NCBI GenBank assembly: GCA_040954595.2
Contig: JBECUI020000033.1
Coordinates: 124,001 to 188,000, forward strand
Source: Balanoglossus misakiensis
Taxonomy: Eukaryota > Animalia > Hemichordata
Direction: 5' to 3'
DNA length: 64,000 nt
The position numbers and the translations under genes are program-made. Of the stretch, positions 10,879 through 22,352 are shown piece after piece. Below the pieces are notes generated by a model that saw nothing but the letters and a program-made list of their open reading frames with translations, was not told the origin of the DNA and searched no databases. Positions within the stretch are counted from its first letter, which is position 1; each line of letters opens with the position of its first letter.

Positions 10879-13327
10879 AACACAATTAATCGATCCTCGG
10901 GAAGTACGGAAAACCGGTAAGATTAAATTTGCCGATATTCCGTTGAACACCTATAAACCGAACTTTGCCGAAGAAAAAAGGCTATGGGGGGCTAAGCGTC
11001 TTAAATTGGTCTACCTGCACATGCTTTTAATTCGCGAATTTGAAACTCTGATGGACAGCATCAAAAAAACCGGTGCTTATCAGGGTATTTCCTACAATCA
11101 TCCCGGTCCAGCCCATCTTTCCATTGGCCAGGAATCAGCTGTGGTAGGTCAAAGCCTGGCACTTCAGCGGGAAGATTTTCTTTTTGGTTCCCACAGGAGC
11201 CACGGAGAAATCCTGGCTAAGTCTTTCTCGGCCATTGAAACGGCGGACGAAGGGACTTTGAGGGAGATTATGGAAGGATATCAGGGAGGCAATATTCTGG
11301 CTGTGGTGGAAAAGGGGCACAAAGGTGAGCTTGAGGATCTGGCCATAGACTTTGTCCTCTATGGAACCATGGCGGAGATTTTTGCCAGAAAAACCGGATT
11401 CAACCAAGGAATGGGAGGATCCATGCATGCCTTTTTCCCTCCCTTTGGAAGCATGCCTAACAATGCCATAGTCGGAGGGAGTGCAGACATCAGTGTCGGG
11501 GCGGCGCTATACAAGCGCATCAACCGAAGTCCCGGCATTGTTATTGCCAACATAGGCGATGCATCTTTGGGCTGCGGTCCGGTTTGGGAAGGCCTGATGA
11601 TGGCTTCCATGGACCAGTACCATTCTCTTTGGGATAAGGAACTAGGTGGAGCCCCTCCAGTCTTGTTCAACATCTTTAACAACTTCTATGGCATGGGTGG
11701 TCAGCCTATGGGTGAAACTATGGGCTTTGGGGTGCTGGCTCGGGTAGGTGCTGGAGTAAATCCTGACAACATGCATGCCGAAAGAGTAGACGGCTGTAAC
11801 CCTCTGGCCGTGGCCGATGCTACCTTGAGGAAAAAAAAGATTCTGGAAGAGGGCAAGGGACCAGTGCTTCTGGATGTTATCACCTATCGTATCAGCGGGC
11901 ATAGTCCTTCAGATTCTTCCAGCTATCGAACCAAAGAAGAAGTGGAGCTTTGGCAGGAGAACGACGGTGTCAGCAGCTACAAAAACTACCTTATGGACAA
12001 CGACCTGCTTAGTGCCTCCGAAGCAGAAAGCCTGCAAGCCAATGTCACAAATAAAATGGTGGAGATCTTCACAAAGGCCATTTCCCTGGAAATTTCCCCC
12101 CGTCATACTGGACAGTTTATCGAGACGGTCATGTTCTCTGGAGAAAAAGCAGAGAAGTTGGCTGATAGGAAACCGGAATTTCTTCAATCCATCGAAGACA
12201 ATCCCCGGGTAAAGAGTCTTGCTCGAAAAATCCGCAGCACTGTAGATAAAGCTGGCAAGGCCGTTTCTCCTGCCAAGTTATTTGTTTTTCGGGATGCCCT
12301 GTTTGAGGCCATGGTCCACCGTTTCCAGGAAGATCCCTCCATGGTGGCTTGGGGAGAGGAAAATCGGGACTGGGGCGGTGCCTTTGCTGTCTATCGAGGG
12401 CTTACCGAGGCCTTCCCTTACCATCGGCTTTTCAACGCTCCCATTTCAGAAGGAGCCATCGTAGGGGCTGGGGTTGGTTATGCCCTCTGTGGCGGTCGGG
12501 CAGTAGTGGAGCTGATGTATTGCGACTTTCTGGGTCGTGCCGGGGACGAGGTATTCAATCAAATGGCCAAATGGCAGGGAATGAGTTCCGGAATTCTGAA
12601 AATGCCTCTGGTGCTTCGGGTATCTGTCGGGGCCAAGTACGGGGCGCAGCATTCTCAGGATTGGACTGCTTTAGTGGCTCATATTCCCGGACTTAAGGTC
12701 ATGTTTCCAGCCACACCCACCGATGCCAAGGGCATGCTGAACCTGGCTCTCCGAGGCACCGATCCGGTAGTTTTTCTGGAAAGCCAGAAACTCTATGGCA
12801 TAGGGGAGCAATTTGAGCCCGGCGGTGTTCCCCAAGGGTATTACGAAACACCCGAGGGACTCCCGGCAATTCGTCGCAGCGGTAAGGATCTGACTTTGAT
12901 AACCCTGGGCTCCACTCTCTACACCGCCTTGAAGGCGGCAGAGGTCTTGAAAGAAAAGTATAATCTTGAGGCGGAGGTGGTGGATCTGCGCTTCGTCAAT
13001 CCTCTGGACTATGCTCTCCTGGTCGAATCTGTAAAAAAGACCGGACGTGTGCTTCTGGCCTCGGATGCGGTGGAACGGGGAAGTTTTCTCCATAACGTCG
13101 CCAACAATCTTAGCCAGTTGGTCTTTGATTACCTGGATGCCCCCCCCGTGGTACTTGGATCCCGCAACTGGATCAGTCCCGCTGCTGAACTAGAAGAAGA
13201 ATTCTTCCCTCAGATCGGGGATATCCTGGATCTGGTGCATGAACGAATCCTACCTCTGCCGGGGCACAGCCCCAGCACTATCAACACCCTGGGGGAACTT
13301 ATACGACGCTATCGGAAGGGTGTATGA
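10871..13327 (+). CDS. Fused E1 alpha/beta ThDP-dependent 2-oxoacid dehydrogenase
   Basis: [19 protein letters not shown]...FNN ThDP motif, YRISGHS, then beta part PISEGAIVG...AQHSQ. Start taken at ATG 10871 (MSKTQ) after GAGGG. Confidence 0.92.
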   Translation: MSKTQLIDPREVRKTGKIKFADIPLNTYKPNFAEEKRLWGAKRLKLVYLHMLLIREFETLMDSIKKTGAYQGISYNHPGPAHLSIGQESAVVGQSLALQREDFLFGSHRSHGEILAKSFSAIETADEGTLREIMEGYQGGNILAVVEKGHKGELEDLAIDFVLYGTMAEIFARKTGFNQGMGGSMHAFFPPFGSMPNNAIVGGSADISVGAALYKRINRSPGIVIANIGDASLGCGPVWEGLMMASMDQYHSLWDKELGGAPPVLFNIFNNFYGMGGQPMGETMGFGVLARVGAGVNPDNMHAERVDGCNPLAVADATLRKKKILEEGKGPVLLDVITYRISGHSPSDSSSYRTKEEVELWQENDGVSSYKNYLMDNDLLSASEAESLQANVTNKMVEIFTKAISLEISPRHTGQFIETVMFSGEKAEKLADRKPEFLQSIEDNPRVKSLARKIRSTVDKAGKAVSPAKLFVFRDALFEAMVHRFQEDPSMVAWGEENRDWGGAFAVYRGLTEAFPYHRLFNAPISEGAIVGAGVGYALCGGRAVVELMYCDFLGRAGDEVFNQMAKWQGMSSGILKMPLVLRVSVGAKYGAQHSQDWTALVAHIPGLKVMFPATPTDAKGMLNLALRGTDPVVFLESQKLYGIGEQFEPGGVPQGYYETPEGLPAIRRSGKDLTLITLGSTLYTALKAAEVLKEKYNLEAEVVDLRFVNPLDYALLVESVKKTGRVLLASDAVERGSFLHNVANNLSQLVFDYLDAPPVVLGSRNWISPAAELEEEFFPQIGDILDLVHERILPLPGHSPSTINTLGELIRRYRKGV

Positions 13328-14652
13328 GCAATTGCTCCTGGGAGATTGAATCTTCAAAGCGACTTTCCCTCTTAAAAGAGATCTTGGAGAAAGACCGTAA
13401 GAAGGGTTTTAGCCCTTCTTTCACGGAAGAAGTCAACAATCACATACACACCATCTATTCCTTTAGTCCCTATAGTCCCACCGAAGCAGCTTACAAGGCC
13501 TGGCGCTCGGGTCTTAAGGCGGCAGGAATTGTGGATCATGACTCTGTCTCTGGTTGCCAGGAAATGCTGGATGCTGGGCGCTGCATAGGTTTGGCCGTAA
13601 CCATCGGCTGTGAGATTCGGGTGGATGGAACTGGAACGGTTTTTGAGGGACGTAAAAGCAATAACCCCGATTCCGAAGGACTACCCTACATAGTCATCCA
13701 TGGCATTCCGCACTCTCAAATAGCCACGATGGAGACCTGGCTGAGACCCATTCGGCTTGCGCGAGAGTTGCGGAGTCGGGAAGAGGTTGGGATTCTTAAT
13801 GGAATCTTGAAGAAAGCTGAACTTCCTATGTTGGACTTTGACAGTCAGATACTTCCCCTCTCGAGGGCAACCGAAGGAGGCAGCATCACCGAAAGGCATA
13901 TCTTGTATGCCTTGAGCATTCGCATGACAGATTGCTATGGTCGAGGTCCCACTTTGTTGAAGCTCCTGAAGGAGCGCTTGAATATCACCCCTCCTCCAAG
14001 CTTGACTGAAGTTCTGAGCAATCCTGACAACCCCCATTATCTCTATGATCTTCTAGGAGTATTTAAAAGCGACCTGGTACCACAATTCTATCTGCGCCCC
14101 CAACCTGAGGAATGTCCTCCCCTCCAGGAGGCTGTCGATCTAGCCAATACGATAGGGGGCATACCCTCCTATCCTTATTTGGGGGATATTACAGATTCTC
14201 CAACGGGAGATAAAAAGGGCGGGTTTTTTGAAGATTCCTGGCTGGAAGAGCTTCTTGAGGCTCTGCTCATCCTGGGGTTCCGCGCCCTTACCTATATGCC
14301 TCCCAGGAATACAAAGGAACAGCTCCTGCGGGTCCGAAATTTCTGCCGAGAGGCAGGACTCATGGAAATTAGCGGTGTAGACATCAATTCCTCGCGTCAA
14401 GAATTCCGCTGTCCAGAGGTGATGCTTCCTCCCTTCCGACATCTGGCAGACCGAACCTGGGCTCTTATTGCCCATGAGCATCTTTCTTCCTTGAGGGAAG
14501 AAGGAGGTCTTTTCCATCCGAAGAATCCTCTGGCTAAACTTTCCCTGGAAGATAGGCTGGATATCTATGCTCGTCTCGGTCGGGGGATGGACCCCCACCG
14601 TCCTGAAACCATAATTCTCAATGCCCTCAAGGAGGGAATATGGAACGCTTGA
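13324..14652 (+). CDS. PHP-domain metal-dependent phosphoesterase
   Basis: [14 protein letters not shown] and GCE motifs. ATGA-coupled to the E1 gene. Confidence 0.8.
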   Translation: MSNCSWEIESSKRLSLLKEILEKDRKKGFSPSFTEEVNNHIHTIYSFSPYSPTEAAYKAWRSGLKAAGIVDHDSVSGCQEMLDAGRCIGLAVTIGCEIRVDGTGTVFEGRKSNNPDSEGLPYIVIHGIPHSQIATMETWLRPIRLARELRSREEVGILNGILKKAELPMLDFDSQILPLSRATEGGSITERHILYALSIRMTDCYGRGPTLLKLLKERLNITPPPSLTEVLSNPDNPHYLYDLLGVFKSDLVPQFYLRPQPEECPPLQEAVDLANTIGGIPSYPYLGDITDSPTGDKKGGFFEDSWLEELLEALLILGFRALTYMPPRNTKEQLLRVRNFCREAGLMEISGVDINSSRQEFRCPEVMLPPFRHLADRTWALIAHEHLSSLREEGGLFHPKNPLAKLSLEDRLDIYARLGRGMDPHRPETIILNALKEGIWNA

Positions 14653-15779
14653 AACTTTCCCCCCTCATACGGGGGGCCTACATTGCCCTTGGGGCAGCAG
14701 CCCCAGTTATTCGTTACGGCACCGAAGAAAACGCTGCCCTACCGGTTTTACGAGGCCTCTCGGAGGACGTCGAAGCCGCTGGAGAAGAACTGCGAAACTT
14801 CCTGGAATCCCATCGGACTAGCTCCGGTGACCTGCCTTCGGGACTCTGTCTTCCCAATGTTGGGAACTTCTATGCCGGGGTTGACTTTGATGCCGCCGAA
14901 GCGGCAAGGCGCCGAGAAGTCAATTCCTACCGTTCCGTTGCACATACTGGGCGAGAGGACGTTGTTCGGGGACGGGTAGTTCTTGTCACCGGGGGTGCCC
15001 AGGGATTTGGGGCTGAGTTTGTTTGCTCCCTGGCCGAGGCTGGAGCCTTTGTTTATGTGGCGGATATTAACCTTGCTGGAGCAAAAGCCCTAGCGACAGA
15101 ACTTAATTCCGGGGGTCAAACCAAGGCTGCTGCTGTCGCTGTGGATGTCTCTGATGAAGACTCGGTTCGGGACATGGCCGCCACTGTTGCCGAAACCACC
15201 GGAGGTTTGGATCTATTTGTCAGCAATGCCGGGGTTTTGCGGGTAGGTAGTGTCTTGTCTATGGAAAGAACGGATTTTGATTTTATTACGAGAATTAACT
15301 ACACCGCCTTTTTTTTAGGAGTCAAACATATAGCTCCGATTCTTATTCTCCAGCACCACGCTGCACCTGAATGGAGTACCGATATAATTCAGATTAATTC
15401 TAAAAGCGGTCTGATAGGGTCAAACAAGAATGGGGCCTATGCAGGCAGCAAATTTGGCAGCGTAGGCCTGGTGCAGAGTTTTGCCCTGGAACTTATGTCC
15501 TACGGGATTAAGGTGAACGCCCTTTGCCCAGGGAACTTCTTTGATGGACCGTTGTGGTCGAATCCCGAAAACGGACTCTTTGTCCAATACTTACGGGCTG
15601 GAAAGGTTCCCGGTGCTCAGACTGTAGAGGATGTAAGACGGTTCTATGAAGAAAAGGTCCCCATGAAAAGAGGCTGCAAGGGAATCGACATTGCTCGGGC
15701 CCTTTTTTACTGTGTGGAACAGGTTTATGAAACTGGTCAAGTTCTGCCTGTAACGGGTGGACAAATTATGCTGCATTAA
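14640..15779 (+). CDS. SDR oxidoreductase, sorbitol-6-phosphate 2-dehydrogenase-like, with ~110-aa N-terminal extension
   Basis: TGGAQGFG, NAG, IIQINSKSG, YAGSK catalytic motif and VPMKRGC are SrlD-like. Confidence 0.8.
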   Translation: MERLKLSPLIRGAYIALGAAAPVIRYGTEENAALPVLRGLSEDVEAAGEELRNFLESHRTSSGDLPSGLCLPNVGNFYAGVDFDAAEAARRREVNSYRSVAHTGREDVVRGRVVLVTGGAQGFGAEFVCSLAEAGAFVYVADINLAGAKALATELNSGGQTKAAAVAVDVSDEDSVRDMAATVAETTGGLDLFVSNAGVLRVGSVLSMERTDFDFITRINYTAFFLGVKHIAPILILQHHAAPEWSTDIIQINSKSGLIGSNKNGAYAGSKFGSVGLVQSFALELMSYGIKVNALCPGNFFDGPLWSNPENGLFVQYLRAGKVPGAQTVEDVRRFYEEKVPMKRGCKGIDIARALFYCVEQVYETGQVLPVTGGQIMLH

Positions 15780-15797
15780 GGCAGCTAGGAGAAGAAT

Positions 15798-17063
15798 ATG
15801 AGAACAACCGCTGTGCGAATGTATGGAAAAAGCGATCTACGACTTGAGGAATTCGAACTTCCTCCTCTGAAGTCAGACGAAATTTTGGCCGAAGTTGTTT
15901 CTGATAGCATCTGCATGAGTTCCTATAAGGCAGCCAAGCAGGGCAGTGATCACAAGCGAGTGCCTGAGGACATTGCCAGGAATCCCGTGATCCTTGGACA
16001 TGAATTCTGTGGTACGATTCTTAGAGTCGGCAGCAAATGGCAGGATAAATATCAACCTGGCAATCGATTCACCATCCAGCCTGCCTTGAACTACCGGGGA
16101 AGTCTTGATGCCCCAGGCTACTCCTACCGCTGGATAGGAGGCAGTGCCACCCACATTGTCATTCCCAACGAAGTCATGGAAATGGGCTGTCTGCTCAACT
16201 ATGAGCAGGATGCCTTCTATTTTGGAAGTTTATCCGAACCTATGAGCTGCATTGTCGGTGCTTTCCGGGCGGCCTTTCACATTCCTCAAGGGACCTACAA
16301 TCACCAAATGGGCATCAGAAAAGGAGGAAAGCTAGCCATTATGGCTGGTGCAGGTCCCATGGGCCTGGGGGCCATTGATCTTGCCCTCCATGGAGATACA
16401 CGTCCTCGGCTTCTTGTCGTCACCGACGTTGATGCCTCGCGTCTAGCCCGAGCCGAAGAGCTCTTTCCTGTGGAAAAGGCAGCAAAAGACGGCATTAAAC
16501 TTGATTACGTCAATACAGCCTCCATAGCAGATTCAACCGAATTTCTGAAGGCAATGGCTGGTGAGGGTTATGATGATATTATTGTCATGGCACCAGTCGA
16601 GGTTTTGGTGGAACAAGCAGGCAGGCTTTTGGCCAAGGATGGTTGCTTGAATTTCTTTGCTGGTCCCACTGACCCTGATTTTTCGGCAAAAATCAATTTC
16701 TATGACATTCATTATGCCTTCCATCACATAGTGGGTACTAGTGGTGGCAACACTGAAGATATGAATATCTCTCTGGAACTCATGAAGGAAGGCCGTGTCG
16801 ATCCATCGGTAATGATCACCCATATAGGGGGCATCGATGCCGTGGTGGATACTGTCTTGAACTTACCAAAGTTTTCCGGGGGAAAGAAACTTATTTACAC
16901 CCACACCACCATGCCCCTGACTGCCCTCACTGACTTTGCTGAAAAGGGAAAAAAAGATCCTTTCTTTGCCACATTAGCGGAAATTATCGCAGCCAATAAG
17001 GGCATATGGAATTTTGAGGCCGAGAAATATCTGCTGAACAATGTCCAGAGCATCGTAAAATAG
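15798..17063 (+). CDS. Zinc-binding dehydrogenase, L-sorbose-1-phosphate reductase-like
   Basis: SDSICMSSYK, ILGHEF, GAGPMG and GGKKLIY are characteristic of SorE-like MDR enzymes. Confidence 0.82.
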   Translation: MRTTAVRMYGKSDLRLEEFELPPLKSDEILAEVVSDSICMSSYKAAKQGSDHKRVPEDIARNPVILGHEFCGTILRVGSKWQDKYQPGNRFTIQPALNYRGSLDAPGYSYRWIGGSATHIVIPNEVMEMGCLLNYEQDAFYFGSLSEPMSCIVGAFRAAFHIPQGTYNHQMGIRKGGKLAIMAGAGPMGLGAIDLALHGDTRPRLLVVTDVDASRLARAEELFPVEKAAKDGIKLDYVNTASIADSTEFLKAMAGEGYDDIIVMAPVEVLVEQAGRLLAKDGCLNFFAGPTDPDFSAKINFYDIHYAFHHIVGTSGGNTEDMNISLELMKEGRVDPSVMITHIGGIDAVVDTVLNLPKFSGGKKLIYTHTTMPLTALTDFAEKGKKDPFFATLAEIIAANKGIWNFEAEKYLLNNVQSIVK

Positions 17064-17119
17064 AGGAAAAACTGAAGAAAGGCCCAGGTACTAGACCCCC
17101 CCATTAGTGTTGATTGATG

Positions 17120-17141
17120 AAAAGGAGATTCTTCTGTTCAT
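17120..17141 (-). repeat. Dispersed 22-bp motif (perfect copy)
   Basis: AAAAGGAGATTCTTCTGTTCAT on +, the reverse complement of ATGAACAGAAGAATCTCCTTTT. Confidence 0.95.
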
Positions 17142-17316
17142 GTCATTGAAACACCGCTAAGGCCTCAGAATTTCCAGGCTGCGCAGTCATTCCCGAATGA
17201 ATGGTTATACTTGAAAATTTTGCCCTATTCCGGTTTATCTTTGTCTCGGGCAGCCCTCACGAGAAGGTTATCTCCTGACAAAGCCGATATTCATACCTAA
17301 CTGATGTGGATGGGTA

Positions 17317-17338
17317 AAAAGGAGATTCTTCTGTTCAT
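17317..17338 (-). repeat. Dispersed 22-bp motif (perfect copy)
   Basis: AAAAGGAGATTCTTCTGTTCAT, 197 bp after the previous copy. Both continue G(T/C)CATT. Confidence 0.95.
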
Positions 17339-17554
17339 GCCATTAACAAGCTCCCCAAAGCACTGGTCTCCAGCAGGGAAGGCCCTCTGAGAAGCTGAAG
17401 TCAGACCATGATAAACGCAACTAAATTGGCTCTAAAAAATTCCTAAGGTTGTCAAAGTCCTGGTGCAGCTGTTATTCTTTTAAGCAGTAAAGCTCTTTTG
17501 CCCATGATGTAGGTAGACCATTAAAGAGTTAAGCAATCAAAAAGAGGAGAAAAA

Positions 17555-18577
17555 ATGCTCTATCTTAACTTCCCCACTTGGCTGAAGCCGGAAATTATTC
17601 CCGGACTTCCTCTTCGCTGGTATGGTCTCATGTATCTTGTGGCCTTCATGATAGCCTTTTTCCTATTTCGTTACCAAGTCAAAGAAGTCAAAGCCCCCAT
17701 TAATGATGACGATATTTCTTCTTATTTTTTCTGGTGTGTTGTAGGAGTTCTAGTCGGTGCGCGCTTGGTCTCTACTCTCCTTTACGACACCTCAGGATAT
17801 TATTGGCGCCAACCCTGGTTGATTTTCTGGCCTTTCCAGAACGGTAGATTTGTTGGTTTCTCAGGAATGAGCTACCATGGAGGACTTGCCGGAGCCATAA
17901 TAGCCTGTGTTGCCCACTCATTAATAAAAAAGCACAAAGTTGGTGAATGGGGAGACTGGGCTTTGGCTTCACTTCCCCTAGGCTATACCTTTGGTCGGCT
18001 GGGCAACTTTATTAATGGGGAACTTTGGGGACGGGTTACCACTCGTCCATGGGGGATGATTTTTCCCCACGCCCCTGCTCTACCTCTAGCGGATCCTCGA
18101 GTGGCTGAAGCTGCAGAAAAAATCGGTATGGATGTAATGGGAATGGAATTCATTAACCTTCCCCGGCATCCTTCGCAGCTATATGAGGCATTTTTAGAGG
18201 GGGTGCTCCTCTGGTTATTCCTTTGGTTCATTATCCGGAAGATCAAGGAAAAAAAGGGTTACTTCCACGGTTTTGTGTCCATTTGGTACCTTATAGGCTA
18301 TGCCATTGCCCGTATTTTCGTAGAATACTTTCGGGAACCTGCATTAGAGCATGTTCATTCCTTTTCCAGAGAAACTGAAACCATTGCCACCTATTTTTTT
18401 GAGGGTTTTCGCTATTACACCACGGGGCAGGCATTATCCTTCCTCATGCTGGTTGCTGCGTTTATAATAGGCTTAGTTTTTTCCAAGCTAGAGAAGAAAA
18501 AGAAGCTGGAAGAATTGGACACCACACATGGCCCCAAGGCAAAAGATTGGCGTAAAATCCGAAAAAAAGTCAAGTAA
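17555..18577 (+). CDS. lgt: Prolipoprotein diacylglyceryl transferase
   Basis: RWYGLMY, GMSYHGG, GRLGNFINGELWGR, HPSQLYE, RIFVEYFR. Confidence 0.96.
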   Translation: MLYLNFPTWLKPEIIPGLPLRWYGLMYLVAFMIAFFLFRYQVKEVKAPINDDDISSYFFWCVVGVLVGARLVSTLLYDTSGYYWRQPWLIFWPFQNGRFVGFSGMSYHGGLAGAIIACVAHSLIKKHKVGEWGDWALASLPLGYTFGRLGNFINGELWGRVTTRPWGMIFPHAPALPLADPRVAEAAEKIGMDVMGMEFINLPRHPSQLYEAFLEGVLLWLFLWFIIRKIKEKKGYFHGFVSIWYLIGYAIARIFVEYFREPALEHVHSFSRETETIATYFFEGFRYYTTGQALSFLMLVAAFIIGLVFSKLEKKKKLEELDTTHGPKAKDWRKIRKKVK

Positions 18578-18674
18578 TAACCTGGGGAGGACAGGTCATT
18601 CCCAGTAAGGGCAGGCCTGACAAAACCTTCTGATATAGGTTGTCTTCTCTAAAAATAGGTTTAGAACTGGGATA

Positions 18675-19502
18675 TTAAAGCCATCGATAAATTCTATTCA
18701 CCTGTTCGGAAAAAACCAGGGTCCCGATACACATAATAACCGCTCCCAAAATTAAAAGAGGAGATGAAATAAACATGGCCATATCCGTTCCTGCTGCAAT
18801 GCAGAGTAGGGAAATAGAGAGCACGAAGTTTTCTCGGAGATTGCGCGAAATGGAGCTACCAGCCATGGCAACAGCAGCTAGAAAACCAAGGGCAATGGCT
18901 AGAATAGCCAGAGTGGTCCCTCCTCCATGGTGAAAATTCAAATTGCCCAGAGGCTGGGTTATATCCAAGGGTATCAGGACCGTCAATGTCAATGAGGCAA
19001 GAATCCCCACCCCCAAAATAGTCCCTGAATGACGGAAAGTCAGACTTCTTCCAAAGAGTCCCGTATTAATAAGAGATGCAAGGCCGACGAATCGCATGAA
19101 AAGAGCTACCCGGATAAGAGGTAGGCTCCAGGCTGTATTCATGACCTCCCCCACAGTAAGAATAAGACTCAAACGGATAACCTGCCAAGGTAAAGTAAGC
19201 AGAAAAAGCCGTAGGAAAAAAATCTCAGGAGACGGGCTTCGGCGGAATCGGCGTGCATTTAATAAGTCAGCTAACAAAGGGAAAACAGTCAACCAGGTCA
19301 ATCCTACCAGAGCCCAAAAAGTATCTGAAGTTCTAGCGGATCTGAAGATTCTCCACCAAATTTGGGTTTGAGAAATCTCCGGTCTCCACGGCGGAAGAAG
19401 GTTACGAAACCATAGGTACCAGACGAACCCTAAAAGTATTACCGCCGCCAATACAGGAATACGAAGAATGACAAGAAATTTTTGTCTGGCGGTAAAAGTC
19501 AT
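18675..19502 (-). CDS. Hypothetical polytopic membrane protein
   Basis: Long ORF with multiple hydrophobic segments. Start placed at MTFTARQK. Confidence 0.7.
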   Translation of the reverse strand: MTFTARQKFLVILRIPVLAAVILLGFVWYLWFRNLLPPWRPEISQTQIWWRIFRSARTSDTFWALVGLTWLTVFPLLADLLNARRFRRSPSPEIFFLRLFLLTLPWQVIRLSLILTVGEVMNTAWSLPLIRVALFMRFVGLASLINTGLFGRSLTFRHSGTILGVGILASLTLTVLIPLDITQPLGNLNFHHGGGTTLAILAIALGFLAAVAMAGSSISRNLRENFVLSISLLCIAAGTDMAMFISSPLLILGAVIMCIGTLVFSEQVNRIYRWL

Positions 19503-19696
19503 AGCTGCAGAATGACATAAAAAACAATAAAAACCAAGGAGAAATTCCATAAACGAAGAGACAGGGGGCCAAGCCTCCTATGGGTTTAGAAAGAAAGGAG
19601 AGTACTCTGTTGAAAGGGGTAAGGGGTACAAAAGGGGTTCGACTGTCAAAAAACATGTTTTAATAAAAAATTCTTGTTAAGGAGGTGAATAGGGAA

Positions 19697-20440
19697 TCAG
19701 TCCCTCGCGGATTTTGCTAGACGGGCAAAGAGTATCAGCAGGAAGAACCACAAGTATCTTAGCAGCCTTAGGAAGCGCCAGGGTCTTAAAAGGGTACCGA
19801 AGAAGCCCTTTAGCAAATCGTAGACAATTCCTGTGCGCGGTTTTCTCTTCCTCCGACCGGAGAACACCTCGTAGCAGCTTTTTTCCATCAACGAAAGCCC
19901 CGGGGCAAAGTTCTGGAGATTCCTTGAAAGCCAAAGCTGTCGTTTCCTCAGGCCACTACCAGCAAGAAGGAGGGTAGGAGCAGATTTTCTGATGGCCATA
20001 ATAACATCCTTTTCCCGGTGAGTTGGGAAATGCGTCGTGTAGCGTCCTACTACACGAAGTCCAGGGAATGAGGAAAGGACGATGGCCTCGGTCCGTTTTA
20101 TTCCTTCAGGGCTAGAGCCAAGAAGGTAGACTGTTGATTGGAGTTTTTCAAGAGTACCCAGCAAGCGAATCACAAAAGGGTAGGGGTACCATCGTGTAAG
20201 GGAAGGTTCTCTAAGATATCTGGCAGCCCAACAAAGCAATCGTGAAGTGGGTACCACCAGAGCAGCATTCCGAACAGAATTCCCAAACTCCTTATGATAT
20301 CTGGTCTTCATAAAATCATGGAGATTCAGAAGAATGATTTGACGATTTGAATCGCCTTTTAAATGGTTCCCTATGACTTCTTCCAGATTGTCTTCTGTTA
20401 TGACGTCCAAAGGTATTGAGAGAACTGTACTCCGTTTCAT
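19697..20440 (-). CDS. WecB/TagA/CpsF family glycosyltransferase
   Basis: VYLLGS...FPGLRVVG...IRKSAPTLLLAGSG...KRQLW pattern of the family. Confidence 0.75.
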   Translation of the reverse strand: MKRSTVLSIPLDVITEDNLEEVIGNHLKGDSNRQIILLNLHDFMKTRYHKEFGNSVRNAALVVPTSRLLCWAARYLREPSLTRWYPYPFVIRLLGTLEKLQSTVYLLGSSPEGIKRTEAIVLSSFPGLRVVGRYTTHFPTHREKDVIMAIRKSAPTLLLAGSGLRKRQLWLSRNLQNFAPGLSLMEKSCYEVFSGRRKRKPRTGIVYDLLKGFFGTLLRPWRFLRLLRYLWFFLLILFARLAKSARD

Positions 20441-20763
20441 TAGGAATTCCCCACACTGCTTTCTTAGAAATATTCAATCAGTTTTCGAAAGTTACTTAAG
20501 GAGATTGTGACCTAGGAACCCCTGTCTAAACTACCATAGCCTGTTTTTTTCTTCTGCATCTGGTGAAAGCTTCCGAGAAGGCATTGTAAACTTTCTCAAC
20601 AAAGGTGGCAAGTAAAAAAAAGACTATCGGGGGATTGGAAAATATTTTTTGAACTGCTGGAGGGGCATAAAGAAGGCAGAATAAGGCAGGGGAAAGTCTC
20701 TTGTAGAATTTTTATCTTATAAAAGAAAATGGCAGGAATTTTTTGATATCATCAGGACTATTA

Positions 20764-22167
20764 TCACAAATTGGCGCCAAGATGTTCCAGGGCCTTTAGG
20801 AGCACACGATCAAATTCCAGATCTACCACAGGAGGAGTATTCAGACGTCTTTCGCTTTCTCTTTTGACCAGAACCCGAAGATTTCTTTCTCCTATATCAA
20901 TACCTTCACTTTTCAAGTCCAGGATGAATTGATTTACCTGAGGTTTTGTGGGCAGATTGTATTTATTGACAAAGTTTCCCACCCTGTTTTCCTGAAGAAT
21001 CTTTGTGTAAGCTTCCATCTGATCATCTGTGAGTTCATCATTGATGATCACAATATCAGGATCGATGCCCTTGGTATCAATGTCACTCCCGTTGGGAGTG
21101 TAGTAACGTCCCATGGTCAATTTGATGGCCGCATCCCCCAGAGGAACCATCTGTTGGATTGAACCTTTTCCGTACGAAGTCTCTCCAATAATGGTGGCCC
21201 TTTTCCTATCTTTAAGAGCTCCAGTGAGAATCTCCGAGGCCGAGGCCGACCCCTTGTCAATAAGAACAGCTATGGGGATTTCCTGAGGAACAAATTGGGA
21301 GGGATTTGCCCGATGAACCTCATTGTTTTTTTGGTTGCGATAACGTGTGGAGACAATCACGCCTCCTGAGAAGAAAAGATCAGCAACATTGACTACCGAG
21401 GAAAGCAGCCCCCCAGGATTACCCCGGACATCAAGAATGAGTGAATCTATTCCTTTGTCAAAAAATTCTTTGAGAATTTCTTCTATTCGGATGGCTGTGT
21501 AAGGAGTAAATTCGATTATACGAATATACCCCACATTGTTTGCAATAAGGGTTTCTTTTGTGGTGGGAATTTCTATTTCCTCGCGTTTAAGGGTAATATC
21601 AAAAGTAATTCCCTTACCCCGCAGTAGGGTTACCGTGACCTCCGTTCCCGGCGGACCACGCAGGCGATCTGAAACTTGCTGGGTAGAAAAGTTCTCTGCT
21701 GATTCTTTTTCGATGGCGTAGATGTAATCTCCAGCATTGATACCGACTCTCCATGAGGGGGTGTTTTCTATGGGGGTTACCACCTTCACATAGGGCAGTC
21801 GACCAAAAGGGTTTTCTGGATCGTAACGATCTTTGCTGATGTAAAGGCCTACACCGCCATATTTTCCTTGGGTTGTGTCGTTTATCTGTTCCAGATAATG
21901 GCCATCAAGATATTGAGAGTAGGGATCGTTGAGACTTTCAAGAAGCCCATCCATAGCACCCCTAAAGAGTAGTTCAGGATCTTGTTCATCAACATAATTA
22001 GCTTGAATAATGTTGAATGCCGCTTCCAGTTCCCGAATAAATCTATTAGAGCTCTTCTGAAAAGAGGATTGGGCAAATACAGTGGGGGCCAGAAGAATAA
22101 CAACAAGTACCAAAAGAAGCGTTGCTACAATACTGACCCAAAGCCCTCTTTCTAGTTTTCTTTTCAC
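20764..22167 (-). CDS. ctpA: S41 carboxy-terminal processing protease with PDZ domain
   Basis: DPYSQY, GVGLYI (PDZ), LDVRGNPGGLL, SASASEI, SYGKGSIQ. Confidence 0.94.
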   Translation of the reverse strand: MKRKLERGLWVSIVATLLLVLVVILLAPTVFAQSSFQKSSNRFIRELEAAFNIIQANYVDEQDPELLFRGAMDGLLESLNDPYSQYLDGHYLEQINDTTQGKYGGVGLYISKDRYDPENPFGRLPYVKVVTPIENTPSWRVGINAGDYIYAIEKESAENFSTQQVSDRLRGPPGTEVTVTLLRGKGITFDITLKREEIEIPTTKETLIANNVGYIRIIEFTPYTAIRIEEILKEFFDKGIDSLILDVRGNPGGLLSSVVNVADLFFSGGVIVSTRYRNQKNNEVHRANPSQFVPQEIPIAVLIDKGSASASEILTGALKDRKRATIIGETSYGKGSIQQMVPLGDAAIKLTMGRYYTPNGSDIDTKGIDPDIVIINDELTDDQMEAYTKILQENRVGNFVNKYNLPTKPQVNQFILDLKSEGIDIGERNLRVLVKRESERRLNTPPVVDLEFDRVLLKALEHLGANL

Positions 22168-22352
22168 TTGTACAAACCCTCAACCCTATAATACCCTCAT
22201 TCCTTTTATTGTTGTCAATCCCCCCCTGACTTGAACCTCCCCATGGACTAAACCGACAGGACCTAAGAGGACTAAATTTTTCAAGCGGCTTGTGCCCTCT
22301 ACCTAGAAGCCAGGCTCAACCTGGAGGAAAAGGGTAGGGATTTTGTATTTAG

